Source: Eledone cirrhosa | Lineage: Eukaryota | Assembly (NCBI GenBank): GCA_964016885.1 | Contig: OZ024745.1 | Span: forward strand, 104,470,001 to 104,534,000 | Direction of reading: 5' to 3' | DNA length: 64,000 nt | Part shown: in pieces, positions 53,175 through 64,000 of the stretch | Layout: each line of letters opens with the position of its first letter | Numbering within the stretch: the stretch's first letter is position 1 | Made by a program: the position numbers and the translations under genes | Notes under the pieces: model-generated | What the model saw: only the letters and a program-made list of their open reading frames with translations | Databases searched by the model: none | Told to the model about the DNA's origin: nothing

Positions 53175-53652
53175 GTCAAAGACATGACAACCTCCCTAGT
53201 GTTAGTGATCTACATAATAAACACAACCCAGTACACTCTATAAAGTGATTGGTGTTAGGAAGGACATCCAGCCATAGAAAACCTGTCAAACAAAGGGCTG
53301 GAAGGACTTCAATTCCATCAAGAATATAATAACTTCCCTAGTGTTGATGATCTACACAATAAAATGCACCCAGTACACTTTGTAAAGGTGATAAGAAGGG
53401 CATCTAATTGTAAAAAACCTGCCAACAAAGGGTTAGGAAGACTCTTCAGTTGTGTTCAAGACATGGCAACCTCTCTAGTGCTGGTGCTACAATAAAAGGC
53501 CCTTGGCAGAATGTGAGAACTTATGTAAGCGATATGCAGACCCCAGCTCACCTTAATGATTAGTAGTTCTGCTTGAGTACTGACTTGTTCTGTGAAAACC
53601 TGTCCAACCGTTGATAGTAGGGAAGATGGTTGTTAAATGATGATGATGATGA
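53175..53652 (+). repeat. ~140-bp degenerate tandem x3 of an RTE-tail SINE/UTR segment
   Basis: Repeated AACCTCCCTAGTGTT...CCCAGTACACT...AGGAAGGACATC...AAAACCTG...AAAGGG; ends in (GAT)n. Confidence 0.6.
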
Positions 53653-56600
53653 AACATATGTCTATATTTGATGTAGTTGTTCTTTAGACTTGGTTCAGCT
53701 CTGACTGAGCAAAAATATAATCACTGTCATATTTTTTAAAGATGGTATCACCACTAACAATATTACTTCAATATATTCTGTTTTGACAGAACCAATACAG
53801 TGACAAGCAAAATGATTTACTGTAATTAGTTACATACCTATATGTTCCCATTTTAAATGTTGCTGAGATCTAGTTTAACTTTCATTCTTCTGGATAGGGG
53901 AAGGATGATAAAATAAGCACTAGTAATATACTAAGGTCAATATAATTAACTGTTACCAGGGGGAAAAAATACACCACACATCATGGACTATCGTGCCTAC
54001 GTTAGAAATCAATATTATAATCTTTCCTAACATATCTTCAAGTTTCAATTTAATAATATTTTTATTTGCTTTTATTTTTTCTCTCCTACTGCACTCCTAT
54101 TTCACTGCAGTCAATAAAAGTAACAACATTACCAGCAATTTTCTTGTTGTATGCTCAATAAGACTTTCAAAATTTTAAGTAAATGTTTATTGCATTCACT
54201 TTTCATTCTGAAGTATATTATGTTGCCTTGTCAATTTCAATTATGTTTTGCTGCTTTAAAAAACAACAACAACGAAACAAACAAACAAACATTATCAATT
54301 CACTTTCTCACACATTCCACCTCTTTCCTCATCTACTATAACACACACAACACACCTGCTAACAATTGTTTTGTTTGGATTAACAGATGCACTTAAGTAA
54401 ACAAATTCAAATTCTTTCAAATGAGTTTTCCCCCTATTCATACAATACTACTGCTGTATAAAGTGATGTATAATTAAACATGTCAGCTTTTAATGGTGGT
54501 AGTGGCGGTGGTAGTGGAAAGAGCCGATGGGAACAAAATTAGAACACCATATTTCTGATTACGTGCTTTTCTAATGAGCCTTAGAGAAGAGAGATGAATA
54601 TGCAGGTATGTAATGCAAATGGAGTATATGAGTAGGGTTAAGAAAGTGAAGGAAGAGGGTAGAGAGTAAAAATAGGAGGATAAGGGTTTAGGTTAATACA
54701 CTTCATGTCCCCCTTACATGCAAACATTTTTCATTTTGGTTTAAGCATTAGGTTCACTTGTACCACATTTTCAGTAATACTTTCTATTAAGTCTATTCAA
54801 AGCTTCCTTTACTTAGTAATTAGTAATTTTGTCATTGCTCTAGTTCATTGTGATTTTAGGTGACTTCCAACAATGGTTAATGTCTAGGTTGTTATAGTGA
54901 GTCCAAAAGGAAACAAATACACGACTGTCAATTTACTGTTTGAAGCACTGCTATCTATCTTGATTGTATATCATGGTTCTCTTGTATGATACTTAACAGT
55001 CTATTCTAAATGCATGTTAAAATAGACTTAGCAACCCTACACAATGTCAAAAAGCTCAGTTCGCTGCAGCTGGACTTACTAATTTTATTTGGTTATTGTA
55101 TGTTTTAAAAGAGATATAAGTTATTTACAGCAAAGAAATAAACCCAAATGTTTCTATCTAAATCCTCATTATATCAACAATATCGGTAACACAAAGTAGA
55201 GCAGTGTAAGTTATAAGAATCCACTGGAAGGATGTACATAAGGAACTTTCCTTATATATTGATGTCAGAGACACAGAAACCATACAGAACAGAGTTTAGT
55301 ATGTTAAGTCTCACAGACAAGAAACACAGATTAATTAATCTTTACACACCTTACTAACTCTTAGCAGCATATAAAAAATAATGCCAATATGAAGCAAATT
55401 ATATAATCATTGGGGCGGTGGATTGGCAGTATTGGTAGAGGGTCGGACGCCATGCTTTGACGTATAGAGTTACGGTCCTTGCTATTCTGAGTTCAAATCC
55501 CGCTTTTCATCCTTACAGGGTCGATAAAATAAAGTACCAGTAATGCATTGGGTAATTGCTGGCCTTGTGCCAAACGTAGAAACAATTATTTCACCTCAAT
55601 AGAGATTTTATCAGCCCTGCCTCAACAAAGACTGTGTAAAAATGTGCTATAAAATTAAGATATGCCAATGGGTATATATAGTCTTCATAAAAAGAATGGT
55701 TTAGGTAGCATTGCAACCATGTTTGACAAATCACCCACTTTGGTAAACTGCATTGATGGATTCCAGCTTCCGAACAAAGACAGCAATTCACATGAATAAA
55801 CAATCAGAATTTACTTCTTGAAAAGAGTATTTTTGAATCAATACTATATAGTTAACAATCCATTTACTATGTTGAAATGCTGAAATACAAACTTCTTTTT
55901 CATTTGGTGAAAGATACCACACATGTTATAGAGCAGGTGTCTTACAGCTAGAGCTCTTTCATAATCACAATGAATCATTCATAACAACATGAGTTTAATC
56001 TAATTTCTGGATTGAATAATACAGTAACTGGTGTTATCTATGGACATAATAAAAGAAGCAGATATCTGAATTTATACTTTGTAGGCCAATAATCTAGAAC
56101 TTTAGAAGAGCATTTTTTAAAAAAAAGTGGATACAAAATTCAAGCCACTAATTTAAGTTTTCCAAAAGTTAGTAAATATACCATGACAGAAAAACAAATG
56201 TCAAAATGATAAACAAGAATCAAATGTGCATCAAAATTTAAGGAATTGTTAATATACAATGAACCAATATCTTAATTGGTAGCTCTAATTATATCTTCCA
56301 TCAGAAGGAAAAATGTAAGACCCAAACTAATATTGAAAAGTGTAGGCTAGTAACAGCAAGAATAAAAGAGTTCTTTTAGTTTATCTTTACATATTTGCCA
56401 TTCATTACTATATTTTTAATAAAAAAGACTGTCTATGATTTTTGATTAATTTTGAAAATAATCTAGAATTTAAGAAACTTAGTAATATATCAGCTGTTTT
56501 CATTATTAAACAAGTGTTTGTAACATAAAGGTTCTTACATAAAATTATAATAGAAGTTTTATGATGATGATGATGAGATAAACCATATCCCTGCATGTTG

Positions 56601-56864
56601 TAAGTAACTAAAAAAGTTGGTGTTAGGCAGGGTGTCCAGCTGTAAAATGTCTCAAAAAGTCCTGTCCAACCCATGCCAGCATGGAGATGTGGTTACACAA
56701 ACTATGATTATAATGATAAACACATTAAAACAAACAATTTTATATCATAAAATTAGAATTGGTTACAGGCAGATTGGTATCATAAAGTTAAAATAACAAT
56801 ATTTTAGTAAATAAACCCGAAATAGGGAATTATAAAGAACTTCATAGGATTAATAATAACTTAC

Positions 56865-56991
56865 TCGCAATGTTAAAAACAGTTGAACTGCATTAGCAAA
56901 AGCAGGTGGTGCTGGGAAACCAAACCAAGATGCTGTACGGAAGAAGGCCAAGTAAGTAAAGCACCAGAATAAACTAACAATGTGGCAGTAT
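56865..56991 (-). CDS. MBOAT7: MBOAT7/LPIAT1-like acyltransferase, most 5' coding exon seen (127 nt)
   Basis: ttccccAG|A TAC TGC...TTG CGA|GTaagt; translates (R)YCHIVSLFWCFTYLAFFRTASWFGFPAPPAFANAVQLFLTLR, matching the recalled MBOAT7 segment SCHALALAWTFSYLLFFR...FTNAVQLLLTLK. Confidence 0.92.
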
Positions 56992-59900
56992 CTGGGGAAA
57001 AAAAAAGGAAAAGAAAAAACAATTGAAAAAAGAGCATATAATAAAAAAATTACAGAGCATATTTATGTATATGTGTGTAATAAAATTCTGTTTTTCATAT
57101 ACAGACACTGCTATGAGAAGGAAGGAATATGTAATATTCTAAATATGACAAGCTACCTGTTATTTTCAGGCCAGATGTTGCATGGGGAGTGGGGTGGACT
57201 TTGTTTCAATTATCTTTATGCAGTTTTTGCTCACTGTCTCTCAGATGTGAAGTAAATGGTGAAGAACTGTATGATTCAATTTGCATTAAAATAAAAGAAA
57301 TTATATAATCGAGAACATGTCATAAGTATTGCACTACTGTATGACAATGATAATTGAATAATGAAAGGAGAGCAGATGCAGTAATAATATTCACATAGCT
57401 ATTAAACCTGTATCAATTTGTCAAAATGTGTACTGTAACTAAAAGAAAGGTTAATTTAGAAAAGATGGAAAGATAGAAATGTAATGCCTGACACAGAATT
57501 GCTAATGAGTATTTTGAAATCTCCCAAACAATTCTAACTACATTAAAACAAATTCTTTATTTTAAGTAACATGGAGGTTAGTTAGAGTAGGGTAGATTTG
57601 TTATGAGCTTGAAGAGATATGTCTGCTTTTTCATGCAAGCATGGATTGGGTAGGATGTTATAGACGAAATTAGTACTTAATTGGAGCTGCCCTCTTTGAC
57701 AGGTCAAGGGACAGAGTCTTATTCAGATACATTCTATTTTAACATGGTTTCTACAACTGGATGCTCTTCTTAATGCCAACCATTATACAGAATGTACTGG
57801 ATGCATTTTATCATAGCACTAAGACTCAAAAGACTGTTGTGTCTTTGCTTTGATGAAACTGATGAGTCCTCTCTACTCTTTTGGCATGATTTCTATGTCA
57901 ATCATTTTGCAGAGTGTACTGGGAGCATTCTAACATGTCACCAGCACTAGAAAGGTCATCATGCTTTTAATATGATTGTAAAGTTCTCTCTACCTTATGT
58001 TATTGCTATTGGAATAAGTTTAGAAAAGAAAAACCAACTATTAACTTTTAAAATATAACTTATAAACATGGAATTTTTTTATCTCTATTAGTCAACACCT
58101 CTTTAAGTTGTCTTATCATCCATATCCTTTCTATGTCTCAGTCATCTAGGATATTACAATACTAGGCTTTGATGAGGAGGTATAATAATGTCTAGAGTTG
58201 CCACTGAACTTGCCTAAGATCTGACTCACCCCTCACTGTTTTTCCCCCATTTTTAATTAAATTGGATTTCAGAGCCATATCCCTTGCTTTTCTTGACAAG
58301 AATTAACCACTAGAGCTAACGTATCTTGTTCACTTCACTGAGGTTGTAATCTTAATTGATTATGCATGTTTTTGGCTCCCTACATTATGTTATCCCTCAC
58401 ACACTTAACATTAGACAACTAGAGAACGTCTACATGGTAGCCAAACTTGTTGGAAATAGCTGCTATATCTCTTTCAACCATCTTTAAAAAAAAGGACACA
58501 TTGGTCAATGTAATCTTAAATAGCTTAAGTCTGAACAAAAAGCCAAAATATAAAAAAATGAAAGCCCCCAAACCTCTGCAAAACTAGAATACCTTTGATC
58601 ACAAGTCAACAATAATACTTCTACATGAATGAGCCAAAGAAAGATCATCTATGTGAGTATTGGACCTGCTAGAAATAACAACTAAATCACCCTCAAATCA
58701 CACAGTATTGTCTAAAAAAAAAAAAAAGGAAGATATAGCATAGTTGTAGATTGACAATGTCTGAAAAATAAAATTTGGAATGATCATCATAGCTTTCATT
58801 ATAGCTCAACTTGACCAGGGCTAATTTAATGCTAAAGAAAAAACAAAAAAAAGCAATGCCATTTATTTGAAAAGACCTGCTAATTCATGAGTTTGTTCCA
58901 TCATTTTGGTTGATAGTGAAGAAAATTGCTGTCGAAAAGATAATCAACCATTTCAAGTTCAGATTTGATAAATATTCAGACAACATTAACACCAAAACAA
59001 TTTTCTTACAAGCAGCTGAAAGATATTTTCTCTCTCTCTCAAATGCACACATGCACACCCACACCACACCAAACCACACACAAAAACAAACAAACAAAGG
59101 CACCATTTAAAGTTTCAATTTAAAAATAGAAATAGCTTTCACCATATTTTTGACTAAAGAAATTTTAGCCTGATAGTGGGGTTTAGAACCCTCTAAGAAA
59201 TGGAAAAAGATAAGTATTGTAATTTTTTTTTTTTTTTTTGCTTATAAAGTCTGTCCTATAATTCATTACTTAGTCATTCTAACCACATGTCTGTAGTACT
59301 GAAGTAGCAGCAGCCCTACTTGGAGCAACTCTCTGATCTCATAGTTAAGCAACATATTGAATAATATTACTCCAAAGACCCCTGGTTATTTGAAATGCAG
59401 TAATAAATGGGTTAATGCTAAGCTAGCTCAATATTATCATATATCCAACATGAACAATGATAGAAAACATTAATAATTCTCCCAGCTAGACAAACATTGG
59501 TATATGTCAGCAGATCAATTCACAAAAAAAGAAGTTTGAATATATTATAATTTCTATGGATAAAATTCATCATCATTGAAGTGACATGAACATAAAAAAG
59601 ACACATGCTTGCACAAGCACACACAAATGTATATATGTGTGTGTGTATGTATGTGTGTATATATACACACACACATATATATACAATGTAGATATCGATA
59701 TATAATATTGACTTGTTGACCAATAACCCCTTGATGCAAATTTGGTACTAAAATACTAAAAGCAGAGGGAACTCACATAAATATTGTTATAGACACAATT
59801 TGAATATCTTGCATAAAAAACATAATCAATTAGAACAATGAAATATTACCTATATTATATTAGCAATATATAGTTCTAATAAATGTTCATACAACATTGT

Positions 59901-60002
59901 TTCTGGTTCTAAAGAAACACAATGTTTATATATATACATATATATATATATATATTTTCAATGATATTAAATAAATGGAAACTATATTTATAAAACCATA
60001 TT

Positions 60003-60063
60003 TATTCTATTATATATATTTCAAGGGTTCCAAAACTTTGGTACGCTCTCATCAGATAAAATA
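60003..60063 (-). ncRNA. Minimal type I hammerhead, inverted twin of 60194-60254
   Basis: Reverse strand TATTTTAT-CTGATGA-GAGCGTACC...GGAACCCTT-GAAA-TATATA-TA-ATAGAATA. Confidence 0.75.
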
Positions 60064-60193
60064 CAAAGTTTGTTTTATAAATATTGACATATCCAGGAAG
60101 CAGATCTTAATGGTCCAAGTTTTTGATTATCCAGGAAAAACTTGAACCGTTAAGATCTTCCTGGATATGTCAATATTTATAAAACAAACTTTG

Positions 60194-60254
60194 TATTTTA
60201 TCTGATGAGAGTGTACCAAAGTTTTGGTACCCTTGAAATATATATAATAGAATA
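60194..60254 (+). ncRNA. Minimal type I hammerhead (palindromic stem III)
   Basis: TATTTTAT-CTGATGA-GAGTGTACCAAA/TTTGGTACCCTT-GAAA-TATATA-TA-ATAGAATA. Confidence 0.8.
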
Positions 60255-60390
60255 AATATTGTTTTATAAATATAGTTTCCATTTATTTAATATCATTGAA
60301 TATTATACTCCAGAAAACCTGTCAAGTGCTTTGAATCAGTTATAAACATATATATTTTTTGAATTACCAACAAATTAAATATCCCCTTTG

Positions 60391-60457
<67 letters not shown>

Positions 60458-60626
60458 ATATGCTATATTTATATATATATCTGCTATATTGTGACTACAA
60501 CTTCAGTTTATACATATTAATATATATGTGTGGGTGAGATCTTGAATAGTATTGAAGATATAGAATGAGGGAGACAAGGAGTGCTGGGAGGGATCAAGGA
60601 TAGTATAACGATAATCTGAATAGTTA

Positions 60627-61302
60627 CTAACAGCTATGACAAGGTAATTTGGTACCAGCTGCACAACTTGCTAATACCACTGTCCAATGCATTTTCTCAT
60701 GTTGAGTAGTCTTAACAGTAATAGTTTTAGTACCTTTTATGCTTGTAGTTTTCTTGCTTGAAACATCAAACGTTAAAGGAGTTCTGTCTATGTTTGATAT
60801 TTTAGACAATTCAAAACAAGTTTCTTTTCTCAACACTATAATATAAAAATGAAAAGCACAAATTTTCTTCTAAAACTCATTGGGCATTCTTTGAACAATT
60901 TTTATTTTAGTTCTCATAACTAGGCTTTTGTGCTTCATGAAATGATTACACCAAGATGTATGACCAGTAAAATTTTCCAAATTAATATTACCTAGACCTG
61001 CAATCTTCTTCGCTTTAGAAACGATCAGATTTACAGAAACAGAAATTCCTGGTTTTCTCTGATCTGCAACCCAATCATAAAATTTATTTTCAAGATCTTA
61101 TTTTACTTTTTCTTCTTCAGAAATTGCATTTATCACCTTTAATCATTTTCACATTTTCTTGACTGAGCCAAGAATGAGTCATTTTTTTCTTTCTATTGGT
61201 AGAGGGCCAACATATCTTTCAGCCACTCCATGATCTTTTGTATAATCTCTAACATAGTTTGAACTGAAATGTGTATGACAGTCTATTTTCTTTAAACATC
61301 AT
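60627..61302 (-). pseudogene. pogo/Tigger-like transposase fossil (CENP-B-type HTH + start of DDE domain)
   Basis: LENKFYDWVADQR...SWCNHFMKHKSL; ISNIDRTPLTFD...KGTKTITVKTTQHEKMHWTVVLASCAAGTKLP; stops and frameshifts. Confidence 0.8.
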
Positions 61303-62054
61303 ATGGAGTGAAAAAAGAGAAAACTATTTCACTTCCTTCCTTTAAGTAGGCCTAATTCAATTGTTCTTTTACAACTCAAAGAGTAATGTATATAGTTATG
61401 TTTTTTTAGAAGAAATATATCAATATTGGTATTAATCAGGTCTTAAACTAAATTAAACTATGCATACCCTAAATATACAGTTATATTTATACATAACTTG
61501 TGTATAGTCAACATATGTATTAATAATTGTTTCTACTTTTGGCACAAGGCCAGCAAATACCCAGTACATTACTGGTACTTTATTTTATCGACCCCGTAAG
61601 GATGAAAGGCAAAGTTAACCTTGGCGTGATTTGAACTCAGAATGGCAAGAGGCGTAACTCTATGTGTCAAAGCATAGTGTCCGACCCTCTACCAATACTG
61701 TAATAATAATACACCAACACATACATATCCAGTTCTAGTTCTTGTCTGATAACCTTGTGATAAACAGGTGAAACTCCAGAATAAAAGACTTACTATTTAA
61801 CGTTAATAAAATGAATATATATATATATATATATATATATTTTTTTCATTTCATTTTACGTCCGATTTTTCCCTGCTTGCAAGGGTGGGACGGGAACTGA
61901 TATATATATATAATGTCTGTGTGTGTGCGTATAGGAAGCAGGCAGATTTTGACATCAAATTTTAAAGTAAAAATTTATATTTTATATGCAAGAAGATACA
62001 GTATATATATATATATAAACACACACACACACACACACAAACATATATGTATCA

Positions 62055-63460
62055 GCATCATCATCATCGTTTAACATTCATTTTTCCATGCTAGCATGGG
62101 CTACACGAGTTGTCCTTTTATGAAACTGTGACTTGCTCATACAGAAATATTTCTGGCTTGGTTTCTATGGCTGAATGCACTTCTTAAAGTCAACCACATT
62201 TACTGTGTGGACTGAGTGCTTTATGTCATGTCACCAAGGTTGGGCTGTGTGCTTTTTGTTATGTCACCATCATGACCACTTTACAGAGTGGACTAGGCAT
62301 TTATTGTCATGTAGCTGCCATAACCACTCTGCAGGGTAGACTGGATGGCTTTGTTGTGTCAATAACATAATCACCTTACAGAGCAGACAGGATGTCCTTT
62401 TTGTGTCACAAACCTGACCACTCAACAGGGTGAACTAGGTACCTTCTGTCATGCCACAAACACAACTACTTTACAAAGTGGACTGGGTGCCTCATGCCAC
62501 ATCCTCAACCTTACAGGGTGGACTGGATGCTTTATTTGTCATGTCACCAGCACAACTACCTTGCAGGGAGGCCTAGGGGCTCTTTTGTCATATTACCTTA
62601 CAAGGAAGACAAGGTGCTCTTTTGTCATGGCACCAACATGAGCATCTTACATGGTGAACTAGGGGCTTTTGTTGTGTTACCAGTATGACAATCTTACAAG
62701 GTGGACTGAGAGCTTTCAGCCACCCCAGCAGCACTGTAAGGGAGCTTTCCATCTTGTATACATGAATTGGTAAAGAGAGGTGCATCAGATGTGGGAAATG
62801 GTGGTGGGGAAGGGGTGTGTGTATGTAGGGTGATGATTGGAGAGGTAGGTCTAGAGTGGGGTAGGGGTTGCTTGTATGCAGGGTGGTCATTGGAGAGGTA
62901 GTTCTAGGGTGGGGGTACTTAGTTGGTGAAGGGTGGAGTGTTAAGACATAGGAGGAGTATAGAAGGGAGAGAAGTGATGCATACAAGAGACCACTAGATG
63001 TTGCTTCATCCCATTCACATAAAAAGGCAGGTCTTCTGCAGTACTGTACAACACCAGAGATAGCGATCCTGTGTCATCACCTTTGAGAAGGGTAATAGTC
63101 TGAGGTCAGCTTCTATCACCTTGTCCCAAATTTTTCCTAGTTCTTCCTATTCCATAGCTTCCATCAACTTTGAGCAGCCTGCACCTTTTTATACAGCTGT
63201 CATCCTTCATATGTATCACATGTCCATACCACCACAATCTTTTCTCCTGCACACTGCATCTGATCCCACTTATGTACAGTTTCTCTCTTAGTTCATTTAC
63301 GCTTTACCAGTCATGTTTATTACTATTACACATCTATCGGAGCATGCAAGCTTCATTTCTTTCCAGTCTTCATAGGTCCTCTACACACAGCACTCAGGTA
63401 TTGCTGCCATGCAGCATTGCTGGTCGTATACAAACATCATACAATCTGACCTTCATTTTG
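62055..63460 (-). mobile_element. Older, diverged RTE 3' fragment with modular tandem-repeat 3'UTR
   Basis: Minus strand reads RLYDVCIRPAMLHGSNT*...RLERNEACMLR, followed by ~41-bp modules (62200-62720) and a (GAT)n tail near 62077-62090. Confidence 0.8.
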
Positions 63461-64000
63461 ATATATATACATGCACACACATACATATATATACACACAC
63501 ACACATATATATATGTATAAAATAAATGGATCTCCATTTGCTTCTAAGACAAGTATTCACTTATTCAATCAACCAAGCTGCCTGCTAATTGAATTAGCAT
63601 GTAAGTGGACAAGTATTCCTTAGACACAAATACCCTTAATGTAATCTTTAGGCAGAACTAGCAAATCAGAAAGACACACTGTGATAAGGCTGGCACTTTG
63701 AATTACAGGTTTAGTACGCCTAACAGACTTCCACACATTTTCAATCAATCTAATTTAACACACAAGGTTATGGTAAAAGACACTTGTGGAAGATGTCTCA
63801 CCATGCAGTAGGATGGAACCCAGAGGCTTGTGATTGCGAAGGGAACTTATCAATCACTCAGCCATGTCTGTGTCTGTGTCTGTATATATATAATTGGTGT
63901 TGGATGCTTAAAGCGTCCGTATGAGGTAGGCCGTATGAGCACTCGATATTTTCATAGAGCAGAGTATGATATCACAGAAAAAAAAAGAATCAGCGTTGCG

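Noticed and set aside
57858-57900. CTGATGAGTCC hammerhead start (similar CTGAAGAGTCC near 28603)
   Set aside because: No matching stem II partner followed by GAAA and no stem I closure.
57000-64000. N-terminal MBOAT7 exon(s)
   Set aside because: No convincing splice-bounded, homologous reading frame found; presumed beyond the window.

Overview
AT-rich, microsatellite- and retroposon-dense animal genomic DNA. The SINE/RTE repertoire and (TA)n/(GAT)n content suggest a cephalopod (octopod-like) genome; this is an inference. One host gene is present: six minus-strand coding exons (56991 to 26157) of an MBOAT7/LPIAT1 lysophospholipid acyltransferase, whose N-terminal exon(s) were not found and probably lie beyond the window. 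The rest is mobile DNA: a near-full-length RTE-clade LINE with a PHD-type zinc finger inserted in its RT, several RTE fragments, two tRNA-derived SINE families (one as a head-to-tail array), a deleted mariner with long inverted ends, a pogo-like fossil, a hAT-like MITE and Penelope-like (GIY-YIG) remnants. The most unusual signal is about 11 hammerhead-ribozyme (HHR)-like motifs found by eye. Seven are packed into 8.46-10.91 kb between microsatellite blocks. Several have a large branched stem II, and several sit in fold-back units with an inverted copy of the ribozyme tail upstream. All RNA folds were assigned manually and none is experimentally verified.
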